Source of the DNA: Gemmatimonadaceae bacterium
Lineage (GTDB): Bacteria; Gemmatimonadota; Gemmatimonadetes; Gemmatimonadales; Gemmatimonadaceae
Reading direction: 5' to 3'
Length of the DNA: 64,000 bases
Assembly: GCA_045803545.1 (NCBI GenBank)
Contig: JBJMOW010000006.1
Location: forward strand, 198,296-262,295
Every line of letters begins with the position of its first letter. Position 1 is the first letter of the stretch. A program made the position numbers and the translations under genes. Positions 38,617-47,764 of this stretch are shown here, piece by piece. The notes under the pieces are model-generated. The model did no database searches, was not told the origin of the DNA, and worked only from the letters and a program-made list of their open reading frames with translations.

Positions 38617-38794
38617 AACTACCGCGCTATTGGCTGACAGCAGCACGCTGTTGGCTGATCGCTGCCTGCAACGGGACAGATTGCGACCATACTTAGGAAA
38701 AACGACTTGTGGATCAAAATGCCACCGGGATCGGTCCCGTCGCCTGCAGCGGATAGCTATCAGCCAGCTGCTATCAGCGACCAGCGAGGTAGTT
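38617..38794. repeat. Long imperfect inverted repeat (rod-like hairpin, about 178 nt)
   Basis: Nested pairings AACTACC/GGTAGTT, CGCT/AGCG, GCTGAcAGCAGC/GCTGCTaTCAGC, TGGCTGAT/ATCAGCCA, CTGCA/TGCAG, ACGGGAC/GTCCCGT. Confidence 0.75.
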
Positions 38795-38797
38795 ATC

Positions 38798-38832
38798 AAA
38801 ACAAAAAGGGACGAGCATTCGCTCGTCCCTTT
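38798..38832 (-). terminator. Rho-independent terminator
   Basis: 12-bp stem AAAGGGACGAGC-attc-GCTCGTCCCTTT with a U-rich run on the minus strand, just after the stop at 38855. Confidence 0.85.
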
Positions 38833-38854
38833 CCTTTGCAGTTCGTCCTGAAGA

Positions 38855-39088
38855 CTAGTACCGAGTAAGCCTCGTCCCAGAGAATTTCTCCCTGAGTCGC
38901 GCGGCGGTTCCCGGCGACAGAATGCGGATTCCGAAGTACAGCAGTCCGCCGACAATAACTACCTTGATCGCAAGGGCAACCAGAAAGAAGGTCAGGCCAA
39001 CCAGCCCGCCGAACAACTTGAACACCATGCCCACGGCGAAGAGGCCCAGCATGGCGAATAGGCCGATCATGAAAATTGCGCGCAACAT
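38855..39088 (-). CDS. Small hypothetical membrane protein (77 aa)
   Basis: Long hydrophobic helices, basic C-terminal tail, GGAG SD, own terminator. Confidence 0.7.
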   Translation of the reverse strand: MLRAIFMIGLFAMLGLFAVGMVFKLFGGLVGLTFFLVALAIKVVIVGGLLYFGIRILSPGTAARLREKFSGTRLTRY

Positions 39089-39171
39089 GATGTTCTCCGA
39101 TACAGTGACTGTGTTTACTACGATATACCTTTCTCCCCGGTTTCACGAGAGGAAACAAACGAGGTGGCGGG

Positions 39172-40236
39172 CTGACTGAAGAAGTCATCGTCGTCGGCGC
39201 CGGTCTGATTGGCCTCGCCACTGCAGCGGCGCTGGCTGAACGGGGCGTAAGCTGCACCGTCATCGGCACTTCCAGACCCGGCGAGGCATCGCCCGCTGCG
39301 GCGGGTATGCTCGCCCCTTCGGTCGAGCAGGCCACCGGCTCCGCCCACGATTTCGCCGTCGCCGCGCGCGATCGCTATCCGGCTTACGTCGAATACCTCG
39401 CCGAGAAGACCGGCGTTCGCGTGCCGCTCAATCGGCGCGGAATTCTCCAGGTCGCGATCACTGAAAAGGGAATCAAGGGTCTCAGGAAAACAGCGCCCGC
39501 GGCGGCGCAGTGGATCGACGCCGGCGAGCTCCAGCGACTTGAGCCATCGCTCAGTCACGCGCTCGGCGCGATGTTCAACGTGGGCGACGGCGCGGTCGAT
39601 AATACGATTCTCCTCGAGGCGCTGAAAAAACTCACCGCGAAGAATCAACGCATCAGTCTCGTCGATTCAGCAGTCACTAAGGTCGTGCCGCGCGCAGGGG
39701 CTTGCGAAGTAATTCTGCAGGACAAATCGCACCGGACCGCGGAGTGTGTCGTACTCGCAGCAGGAGCATGGGTTGGAAAGATCGCCGGCGCCCGGTTCGC
39801 CCGCGCTGTCAAGCCCGCGCGCGGCCAGCTGATTTCCTATTCGTCAACGCCGTTGCGCCACGTAGCGTATGGACCGCGGGGCTATGTCGTTCCGCGAACT
39901 GACTCGCTGATTGGCGGCAGCACGATGGAGGATGTTGGCTTCGACGCCGGGACTTCGACCGCCGGGATCAAGAAGGTTCGCGCGGCTGCAGAAGAGATCT
40001 GCCCCGTTCTGGAATCGTCGCAGGATGTGCGCGCGTGGGCCGGATTGCGACCGGTGACACCCGACATGCTTCCGTTGATTGGAGCCGATCCTGAGTACCC
40101 ATCGCTACTTTACGCTTGTGGTCACTCGCGCAACGGCGTCCTGATGGCCCCCTTGACGGGAGATATAATCGCCGATCTCGTGATAGGATCACCACTTAGC
40201 CACGACCTGGCTCAATTTCGCCCCGACCGCTTTTAA
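39172..40236 (+). CDS. Glycine oxidase ThiO-like / DAO-family FAD oxidoreductase (probable CTG start)
   Basis: Rossmann 'VIVVGAGLIG' lies upstream of the first ATG; 'ASPAAAGMLAP','PARGQ','WAGLRPVTPD','GHSRNGVLMAP'. Confidence 0.85.
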   Translation: MTEEVIVVGAGLIGLATAAALAERGVSCTVIGTSRPGEASPAAAGMLAPSVEQATGSAHDFAVAARDRYPAYVEYLAEKTGVRVPLNRRGILQVAITEKGIKGLRKTAPAAAQWIDAGELQRLEPSLSHALGAMFNVGDGAVDNTILLEALKKLTAKNQRISLVDSAVTKVVPRAGACEVILQDKSHRTAECVVLAAGAWVGKIAGARFARAVKPARGQLISYSSTPLRHVAYGPRGYVVPRTDSLIGGSTMEDVGFDAGTSTAGIKKVRAAAEEICPVLESSQDVRAWAGLRPVTPDMLPLIGADPEYPSLLYACGHSRNGVLMAPLTGDIIADLVIGSPLSHDLAQFRPDRF

Positions 40237-40282
40237 TGTAGATTCCCTAAGCTCGACGGCTCCCCCGCCGTCGATCCATAAG

Positions 40283-41191
40283 ATGCCAGAGACTCTTTAT
40301 CAGATAATGGGCCGACACCGCGCCGACCCACTCCCGGAGCGGAAACCGTCGTGGCTCAAGGTCAAAGCCCCGGGCGGACCGAACTATCTCCGCCTCAAGC
40401 AGATGATGCGCGAGCTGGACCTCCATTCGGTGTGTGAGGAAGCGCACTGCCCGAACGTCGGCGAGTGCTGGGAGCATGGTACTGCCACGTTCATGATTCT
40501 TGGTGACGTCTGCACCAGAAACTGCGCCTACTGCGCCGTCGCTCATGGACGTCCGCCCAAGTACGACATCGCCGAGCCTTATCGCGTGGCTAAAGCGATC
40601 GCGGACATGAATCTGCAACACGCGGTTATCACCTCGGTCGATCGCGATGATTTGCCCGACTTCGGCGCCTGGGTTTTCGCCGAGACCATCCGCCAGATCC
40701 ACGAGAAAGTCCCGGGTTGCTCCGTCGAAGTGCTGGTTCCGGATTTTCAGGGGAATGAGGACAGCATTCGCACTGTTCTTGAAGCTGAACCGGAGATCTA
40801 CAATCACAACACTGAGACCGTGCCGCGCCTTTACAAGAAAGCCAGACCCGGCGGGCGATATCCGAGAGTGATGGAAATCTTCCGCTTCGCGAAACGCACT
40901 GCACCAGAGATTCCGACCAAGACTGGGTTGATCCTTGGCATGGGCGAGACGAAGGAAGAAGTCGTCGCCGTCATGCGCGATCTCCGCGACGTCGACGTCG
41001 ACATTCTTACTCTCGGGCAATATCTCAGGCCTTCGGATCAGCACATCACGCTCGATCGCTATTACACGCCTCAGGAATTCAGGGAGCTGTACGAGATTGG
41101 AATGGAGATGGGATTCCGCCACGTTGAATCAGGGCCGCTCGTTCGCTCGAGCTACCACGCCTGGGAGCAGGTACAGGCGGCCGGCGTATGA
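40283..41191 (+). CDS. lipA: Lipoyl synthase
   Basis: 'VCEEAHCPNVGECW', radical SAM 'CTRNCAYC','YNHNTETV','LVRSSYHA'. Confidence 0.98.
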   Translation: MPETLYQIMGRHRADPLPERKPSWLKVKAPGGPNYLRLKQMMRELDLHSVCEEAHCPNVGECWEHGTATFMILGDVCTRNCAYCAVAHGRPPKYDIAEPYRVAKAIADMNLQHAVITSVDRDDLPDFGAWVFAETIRQIHEKVPGCSVEVLVPDFQGNEDSIRTVLEAEPEIYNHNTETVPRLYKKARPGGRYPRVMEIFRFAKRTAPEIPTKTGLILGMGETKEEVVAVMRDLRDVDVDILTLGQYLRPSDQHITLDRYYTPQEFRELYEIGMEMGFRHVESGPLVRSSYHAWEQVQAAGV

Positions 41192-42264
41192 GCACTGAGA
41201 CCAAACGCTCCGCGCCAAAATCAGCGGCCAAGGAACAAGGCAAAGCGAGTAACAACGGCGCCGACGCCCAGCCGCACGTCGATTTGGGTGGGACGACGCC
41301 CGAGCTTAGACGCGAGCTACTCCATTCGATGCTCGTCCAGCGTCGCTTCGAGGAGAAGTGCGCGGAGGCTTACGCGCTCGGCAAAATCGGCGGATTCTGC
41401 CACCTCTACATCGGACAGGAGGCAATTTCCACCGGTGTAATGTCGATGATCCGTCCTGATGACTACATCATCACCGCTTATCGCGATCACGGTCAGGCAT
41501 TGGCGCGCGGTATAAGTCCGCGCGTAGTCATGGCCGAGTTATTCGGGCGCGAAGCCGGCTGCTCGCACGGCAAGGGCGGCTCGATGCATCTATTCGACGC
41601 CGAAACCAACTTCCTCGGCGGACACGGTATCGTCGGCGGGCACGTGCCGATCGCAGCCGGCGTTGGCTTCGCAATCAAGTACCGGCGCGGCAATCAGGTC
41701 TGCGTATGCTTCTTCGGCGAGGCGGCGGTCAACATCGGCGCATTCCATGAAGCTCTGAACCTGGCGTCTCTTTGGAATTTGCCGGTCATCTTCATCATCG
41801 AGAACAATCGTTACGGTATGGGCACGGCGATCTCGCGGTCGACCGCCAATGAAGATGTCCTGGTGCGTGCTCAGGGTTATCGCATGGAGGGAGAATCCGT
41901 CGATGGACAGGACGTCTTCGCCGTCCGTCAGACGATGGAGCGCGCAATCGAGCGGGCCCGCAAGGAAAAACGACCGACGCTGATCGAGATGAAGACGTAT
42001 CGCTTCATGGGTCACTCGATGTCCGACGCGGTGAGTGGTACGTACCGCAGCAAGGAGGAGCTCGAAGAGAACATGAAGCGGGATCCGATTCTCGTCTTGC
42101 ACAACCGGATGTACGAAGCCGGCGAGCTTACCGAGGGCGAGATGCACAAGATGGACGATGAAGCGAAAGGCATCGCCCAGGACGCCTGGGATTTCGCTGA
42201 CGCCAGTCCTGAGCCGCCACTCGAGCAGCTCTATACGGACGTCTACTCGGATACGACTTCATAA
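41188..42264 (+). CDS. pdhA: Pyruvate dehydrogenase E1 alpha
   Basis: 'GGFCHLYIGQEA','YRDHG','GKGGSMH', TPP motif 'GEAA...ENNRY','YRFMGHSMSD'. Confidence 0.95.
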   Translation: MSTETKRSAPKSAAKEQGKASNNGADAQPHVDLGGTTPELRRELLHSMLVQRRFEEKCAEAYALGKIGGFCHLYIGQEAISTGVMSMIRPDDYIITAYRDHGQALARGISPRVVMAELFGREAGCSHGKGGSMHLFDAETNFLGGHGIVGGHVPIAAGVGFAIKYRRGNQVCVCFFGEAAVNIGAFHEALNLASLWNLPVIFIIENNRYGMGTAISRSTANEDVLVRAQGYRMEGESVDGQDVFAVRQTMERAIERARKEKRPTLIEMKTYRFMGHSMSDAVSGTYRSKEELEENMKRDPILVLHNRMYEAGELTEGEMHKMDDEAKGIAQDAWDFADASPEPPLEQLYTDVYSDTTS

Positions 42265-43244
42265 TGGCAGTTCTGACCTATCGTGATGCACTGACGCAGG
42301 CTCTGCGAGAAGAGCTGCAGCGCGACGATCGCGTCTTCCTTATGGGCGAAGAAGTCGCTCAGTACAACGGGGCTTACAAAGTCTCGAAAGGCCTGCTCGA
42401 CGAGTTCGGTCCAATGCGCATCGTCGACACTCCGATCACCGAGCTCGGATTCGCCGGCGTCGGAGTTGGCGCGGCGATGGTCGGACTTCGTCCGATCGTC
42501 GAGTTCATGACCTGGAACTTTGCGCTGCTCGCGCTCGACGAAGTCGTCAACGTTGCGGCGAAAACCCTCTACATGTCAGGTGGGCAGTTCAAGATGCCGA
42601 TGGTGTTCCGCGGTCCCAACGGCGCGGCGCTGCAATTGGCAGCGCAACACTCGCAGTCGTGGGAGAGCTGGCTCGCGCACATTCCCGGTCTTAAAGTGTT
42701 GACGCCCGGAACGCCGGCCGACGCCAAGGGCTTGCTGAAATCTGCCATTCGCGACGATAACCCTGTCGTCTTCCTCGAAGGCGAGATGCTTTACAACACC
42801 AAGGGAGAAGTTCCCGAGGAAGAGTATCTTATCCCGATTGGTGCCGCCGAGCTCAAGCGCGAAGGCGATCACTGCTCACTGATCACTCACGGCAAAATGG
42901 TACTCGTCGCAATGCGTGTCGCCGACGATCTCGCCAAGGAAGGCATCAACATCGACGTCGTCGACTTGCGTACCGTCCGGCCGATCGACGTCGAAGCCAT
43001 CTCACGCTCTGTACAGAAGACGAACCGCGCGGTGGTGCTCGAGGAAGGCTGGGAGATCTGCGGCATGGGATCCCAGGTCGTCGATTTCATCCAGCGCGAA
43101 TGCTTCGACGACCTCGACGCTCCGGTGCTGAGGGTACATCAGGAAGAAGTGCCAATGCCTTACGCGAAGAACCTTGAGAGAGCCGCCAAGCCCGACGCCG
43201 GCAAGACGGTCGCGGCGATCAAGAAAGTCATGTACCTCGACTGA
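42264..43244 (+). CDS. pdhB: Pyruvate dehydrogenase E1 beta
   Basis: 'GEEVAQYNGAYKVSKGL','DTPITELGFAG','EFMTWNF','AAQHSQ','PMPYAKNLE'. Confidence 0.95.
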   Translation: MAVLTYRDALTQALREELQRDDRVFLMGEEVAQYNGAYKVSKGLLDEFGPMRIVDTPITELGFAGVGVGAAMVGLRPIVEFMTWNFALLALDEVVNVAAKTLYMSGGQFKMPMVFRGPNGAALQLAAQHSQSWESWLAHIPGLKVLTPGTPADAKGLLKSAIRDDNPVVFLEGEMLYNTKGEVPEEEYLIPIGAAELKREGDHCSLITHGKMVLVAMRVADDLAKEGINIDVVDLRTVRPIDVEAISRSVQKTNRAVVLEEGWEICGMGSQVVDFIQRECFDDLDAPVLRVHQEEVPMPYAKNLERAAKPDAGKTVAAIKKVMYLD

Positions 43245-43250
43245 TCCGAC

Positions 43251-44681
43251 ATGGCAACGAAAGTAGTGATGGAGGCGCTGTCGCCAACGATGGAAGAAGG
43301 CCGCCTCGTCAAATGGAACAAGAACGAGGGCGACCAGGTCAAGGCGGGCGATGTCCTCGCCGAGGTCGAGACCGATAAGGCAGTGATGGAGCTCGTCGCG
43401 CGCGGCGACGGTGTGCTTCGCAAGCGACTGGCAAACGAAGGTGATGCATCACCGGTCGGCACCCTACTCGCCGTGATCGCAAACGCCGACGAGAACATCG
43501 ATTCCATCGTCGGATCAGCGGGCGGTGGCGCTGCGGCGCCGGCGCAAGCGCCACAGCAAGCGCAAAGTGGCCAGACCGCGGCGCCGAACAAGACCGTTGC
43601 CGATACGCGCGAGAGCGCTGGTAGGAGCCCAGTCCCGCAAAATCCGGCGCAGTCGCAGGGCGAAGCATCAACACCGCCTCAGCAGAAGACAGCCGCTGCG
43701 CGAGCGCCAGCTCCGCCGGCACCTCCCGCTGCGCGTCCGGCCCCACCTCGCCCTCCTGCAGCTCCAACTGCGTCTCACGGTAACGGCGCATCGAAGGCCG
43801 ACGGTGCTGGCCGTCAACGCTCGTCACCTCTCGCGCGTCGCCTGGCTAGTGAGCGCGGAATCCAACTCGGCGCAGTCCAGGGCACTGGCCCGGGCGGGCG
43901 GATCGTCAGCCGCGACGTCGAGAATGCGCGCGCGGGCACGTCCGCAGCCGGAGTCGGTGCCGGTAGGTCGGCAGCGGCTGAACGACTGGCGCGCGAAGGC
44001 GACTACAAGGATGTACCGCTCACTCAGATCAGGAAGACGATCGCTCGGCGACTGTCGGAGTCGAACGGGCCAATCCCGACATTCTTCCTTACCGCTGAAT
44101 TCGACACAACTCGCGCCGCCGAAATGCGGAATCAGCTGAAGGACATGGGTGACAACTACAAGGCCTCGTTCAACGACATCGTGATCAAGGCGGTCGCGCT
44201 CGCGTTGACCGAACATCCGCAAGTCAACGCGCATTGGCTGAACGATGCGATCCGCCAGTTCAATCGCGTGCACGTCGCGATGGCTGTGGCGATAGAGGAT
44301 GGTCTCATCACTCCTGTGCTGTTCGACGCCGATCGCATGACGCTGTGGGACATCTCTGCCAGGGCGCACGATCTCGCCAAGCGCGCGAGAGAGAGAAAGC
44401 TGTTGCCAGAGGAATACACCGGTTCGACGTTCTCCGTCTCCAACCTCGGCATGTTCGGCATCGACCAGTTCACGGCGATCATCAATCCGCCTGAGGCCGG
44501 CATCCTCGCCATCGGCGGTGTCGAGGAGAAACCCGTCGTCGTCGACGGCCAGCTCGAGGTACGCTCGCGCATGCGCGTCACAATGAGCTGCGATCACCGC
44601 GTCATCGACGGCGCAACTGGAGCTAAGTTCCTGCAGACGGTGCGGCAATACATCGAGAACCCGCTTTCGCTGCTGATCTAG
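43251..44681 (+). CDS. pdhC: Dihydrolipoamide acetyltransferase E2
   Basis: Lipoyl domain 'EVETDKA', Pro/Ala linker, E3-binding 'SPLARRLA..GTGPGGRI','SNLGMFG','DHRVIDGA'. Confidence 0.95.
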   Translation: MATKVVMEALSPTMEEGRLVKWNKNEGDQVKAGDVLAEVETDKAVMELVARGDGVLRKRLANEGDASPVGTLLAVIANADENIDSIVGSAGGGAAAPAQAPQQAQSGQTAAPNKTVADTRESAGRSPVPQNPAQSQGEASTPPQQKTAAARAPAPPAPPAARPAPPRPPAAPTASHGNGASKADGAGRQRSSPLARRLASERGIQLGAVQGTGPGGRIVSRDVENARAGTSAAGVGAGRSAAAERLAREGDYKDVPLTQIRKTIARRLSESNGPIPTFFLTAEFDTTRAAEMRNQLKDMGDNYKASFNDIVIKAVALALTEHPQVNAHWLNDAIRQFNRVHVAMAVAIEDGLITPVLFDADRMTLWDISARAHDLAKRARERKLLPEEYTGSTFSVSNLGMFGIDQFTAIINPPEAGILAIGGVEEKPVVVDGQLEVRSRMRVTMSCDHRVIDGATGAKFLQTVRQYIENPLSLLI

Positions 44682-44713
44682 ACGAAGTGGAAGCCACACG
44701 GCGTCAATCGGAC

Positions 44714-44754
44714 ACGCCCCAAATTCCGGGATCGGAATCTGGGGCGTTTTCGTT
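44714..44754 (+). terminator. Rho-independent terminator after pdhC
   Basis: ACGCCCCA-a-ATTCC-loop-GGAAT-c-TGGGGCGT followed by TTTCGTT. Confidence 0.7.
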
Positions 44755-45586
44755 GGCCGCTTGTGGGAACTGTGGCGCCGAGATGAGCGGCCCTTACTGT
44801 GCGCAGTGCGGTGAGAAGAAATTCGCGCCGCACGATTACTCAGTTGCGCATCTATTCGAAGAAGTTCTCGACGGTCTTACGCACTTTGACACGCGTTTTG
44901 TGCGCACGATCAGGATTCTGTTTACAAAGCCGGGCGAGCTCTCCAAAGCCTACTTCGAGGGCGGGCGCTCGCGCTACACCAAGCCGCTCAGCCTCTTCAT
45001 CATCATCAACGTCGTGTTCTTCTTCATCCAGCCGCACACCGGTCTGTTCGGCTACAAGTACGCGCAGTATGTCTCCATTCCTCGTTATTCGGCCGCGGTT
45101 CAGGACCACTTGCAGGCAACCGGTGAAATCGAGCCGATTTACGCTGCCCGCTTCAACGAGAATCTCCAGCATCAGAAAAAGAGCATTCTGATCGTGGCGG
45201 TCCCCGTGCTCGCGCTCGTAATGTCACTGCTGTTCATACGAACAGGTCGCACTTACGCCGAGCATCTCGTCTTCTCTGTACAGGTATATGCGTTTCTGCT
45301 CGTGTACCTGGCGATCGCGGTTTTGGGCATTCTCTTCCCGATCGTGCTCGGATTGACGTGGCTTTTCCCCACAGTCCGACGATTGCGACTGTTGGGTGGT
45401 GAGTTCGCAATCGACGCCGTGCTTGGTGTCGGGCTCGTCACGTACACCTATCTCGCGTTACGGCGCGCATATAACACGTCCCGCGCGCGCGCAGCGATCA
45501 GCGCCGCTGTTGTGTCGTTCGCGGTCGTTCTAACGATCATTGCGTACCACACGGTCCTGTTCTACCTGACCTTCTGGACCACGTAA
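44753..45586 (+). CDS. DUF3667 domain membrane protein (start 44753 or 44687)
   Basis: Zn ribbon 'CGNCG...YCAQCGE','FDTRFVRTI..LFTKPGELSKAYFEG.RSRYTKPL','EHLVF', several TM helices. Confidence 0.85.
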   Translation: MAACGNCGAEMSGPYCAQCGEKKFAPHDYSVAHLFEEVLDGLTHFDTRFVRTIRILFTKPGELSKAYFEGGRSRYTKPLSLFIIINVVFFFIQPHTGLFGYKYAQYVSIPRYSAAVQDHLQATGEIEPIYAARFNENLQHQKKSILIVAVPVLALVMSLLFIRTGRTYAEHLVFSVQVYAFLLVYLAIAVLGILFPIVLGLTWLFPTVRRLRLLGGEFAIDAVLGVGLVTYTYLALRRAYNTSRARAAISAAVVSFAVVLTIIAYHTVLFYLTFWTT

Positions 45587-45652
45587 ACCGCGTCTCGATA
45601 CCGTCTTTACGCAGCAGCTAGATTTAACCCGCACTCACACCCGATCGAATAA

Positions 45653-47056
45653 ATGGCTTCTTACGACGTGATTTTCATAGGCGGTGGCCCGGCCGGCTAC
45701 ATCGGCGCGATTCGCTCCGCTCAGCTCGGAATGTCAGTTGCGGTTGTGGAACGTGAAGGTCTTGGCGGTACCTGCGTTCTCTGGGGCTGCATCCCCGCCA
45801 AGGCGCTGCTTGAATCCGCTTCGCTCGCTACGAAAGTCTCGCATGCCAGGGATTTCGGCGTCAGCGTCGGCGATGTGAAGCTGGACTATGGTATCGCGAT
45901 GAAACGCTCCCGCGCCGTCAGCACTCAGAACTCGAAAGGGGTGGAGTACCTCTTCAAAAAGAACAAGATCACCTGGATCAAGGGCACAGCTCGCCTATCC
46001 GGCAAGAACGCTGTCACCGTGAAGGCTGACGGCAAGGAAGAAAAGCACGACGCGAAGAAGGCCATCGTGATCTCCACCGGCTCGCGGGTCAAAGGTCTGC
46101 CACAGGCTGGCCTCGAGCTCAACAAAACCACAGTCATCTCGTCGGACGAAGCGCTCACGCTCGAGTCGGCACCAAAAACGATGGCGATCGTTGGCGCGGG
46201 CGCCGTCGGCTGCGAATTCGCTGACGTGTTCACCGCGTTCGGCACCCAGGTGACGCTGCTCGAAGTTTTGCCCGGCATTCTTCCGCTCGAGGACGCCGAT
46301 TGCAGCACGGAGCTGACCCGCAGCTTCAAGAAGCGGAAGATTGACGTTCTTTCCGGCGCGAAAATCAGCGATGTGAAGATCGGAAAAAATTCCGTCACCA
46401 TGAATGTCGAGGTCGGCGGCAAGAAACAGCCCCTCGAGGTTGAAAAAGTCCTTGTCGCCGCCGGTCGCGCGCCAAACATTGAAGACATCGGAATCAAGGA
46501 AGCCGGGATTCAGATGACCGACCGCGGCTTCATCAAGATCAACGAGCGAATGGAGACGTCCGTCAAAGGCATCTACGCTATCGGTGACGTCGCAGGTCCA
46601 CCGATGCTGGCGCACAAGGGCATGCGCGAGGGTGTCGTCTTCGCCGAGTACCTGACCGGACAGAAACACGTGCATGCGGTCAACTACGGCAACATTCCGA
46701 GCGCTACGTACTGCCATCCGGAGGTCGCCTCGATCGGCATGACCGAAGCCCAGGTCAAGGAAAAGAAGATCGATTACAAGGTCGGCAAGTTCCCGTTCAT
46801 GGCGAGTGGCCGCGCACGCACTTCAGGCGAGACGGAAGGCTTCGTCAAGGTCATTCGCGACGCAAAGTACGGCGAGATACTCGGCGCGCACATCATTGGC
46901 GCGCACGCGACGGAGATGATCCACGAGCTCGCGGTGGCGCGTGAAAACGAGTTCACCGTCGAGGAAGTCGCGTTGGCTATTCACGCGCATCCGACTCTAT
47001 CAGAGGCCATAGATCAGGCCGTCCTCGACTCGATGGGAATGGTGCTGGACGCGTGA
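45653..47056 (+). CDS. lpdA: Dihydrolipoamide dehydrogenase E3
   Basis: 'IGGGPAGY','GGTCVLWGCIPAK','GAGAVGCEF','HAHPTLSE'. Confidence 0.97.
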   Translation: MASYDVIFIGGGPAGYIGAIRSAQLGMSVAVVEREGLGGTCVLWGCIPAKALLESASLATKVSHARDFGVSVGDVKLDYGIAMKRSRAVSTQNSKGVEYLFKKNKITWIKGTARLSGKNAVTVKADGKEEKHDAKKAIVISTGSRVKGLPQAGLELNKTTVISSDEALTLESAPKTMAIVGAGAVGCEFADVFTAFGTQVTLLEVLPGILPLEDADCSTELTRSFKKRKIDVLSGAKISDVKIGKNSVTMNVEVGGKKQPLEVEKVLVAAGRAPNIEDIGIKEAGIQMTDRGFIKINERMETSVKGIYAIGDVAGPPMLAHKGMREGVVFAEYLTGQKHVHAVNYGNIPSATYCHPEVASIGMTEAQVKEKKIDYKVGKFPFMASGRARTSGETEGFVKVIRDAKYGEILGAHIIGAHATEMIHELAVARENEFTVEEVALAIHAHPTLSEAIDQAVLDSMGMVLDA

Positions 47057-47071
47057 TTACGGAGATGCGGC

Positions 47072-47764
47072 GTGGCTGAGAGAGAGTTATGGACCGTGAC
47101 GCTTGGTCGCCTCCCCTACGCCGAGGCGCTCGAGCTGCAGCGCAGCATCGCCCGCGACAGAATCTCAGGCGCCATTCAACACGACGTGTTGCTTCTGGTC
47201 GAGCATCCGCCAGTCGTAACACTCGGCCGCGGGACCAAGGAGAAGAACCTTGTTTCGTCACCAGAGTTTCTGCAGAGCAAAGGATTGGAGCTGTTCGAGG
47301 TGGAACGCGGCGGCGACGTCACCTTCCACGGTCCTGGCCAGCTTGTCGGATATCCCATCATCGATCTCAAGCGGCACCGTCAGGATTTGCACTGGTATCT
47401 GCGCAAAATCGAAGAGGCGCTGATCAATACTCTTGCTGATTACGGAATTCCCGGGGAGCGGAATACCGCATTCACCGGTGTTTGGACGCGGGGACGCAAA
47501 ATCGCATCGATCGGTGTGCACGCACGCGACTGGGTTACGTGGCACGGCTTCGCGCTCAATGTCACCACGGATCTTTCCTATTTCGACCTCATAGTGCCGT
47601 GCGGTATCGACGGTGTCGTCATGACGTCAATCGCTCGCGAGCTCGGCCTCGAAAATGTTGCGCAACAGGACGTTCGCGATCGCGCCACAGCCAAGTTTGC
47701 CGAAGCCTTCGATCTTACCGCAGTCGTCACTTCCCGCGCAGCGCTCTTCGAAACCGTAGCTTGA
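47072..47764 (+). CDS. lipB: Lipoyl(octanoyl) transferase
   Basis: 'EHPPVVTLGR','RGGDVTFHGPGQLVGYPI','KIASIG','HGFALNV','IVPCGI'. Confidence 0.96.
   Translation: MAERELWTVTLGRLPYAEALELQRSIARDRISGAIQHDVLLLVEHPPVVTLGRGTKEKNLVSSPEFLQSKGLELFEVERGGDVTFHGPGQLVGYPIIDLKRHRQDLHWYLRKIEEALINTLADYGIPGERNTAFTGVWTRGRKIASIGVHARDWVTWHGFALNVTTDLSYFDLIVPCGIDGVVMTSIARELGLENVAQQDVRDRATAKFAEAFDLTAVVTSRAALFETVA

Noticed and set aside
38608..38955. Small ORFs 38608-38955 (-) and 38630-38851 (+)
   Set aside because: They translate the inverted repeat and terminator; no SD or protein-like composition
43520..43830. Pro/Ala/Gln low-complexity stretch
   Set aside because: Ordinary flexible linker of PDH E2
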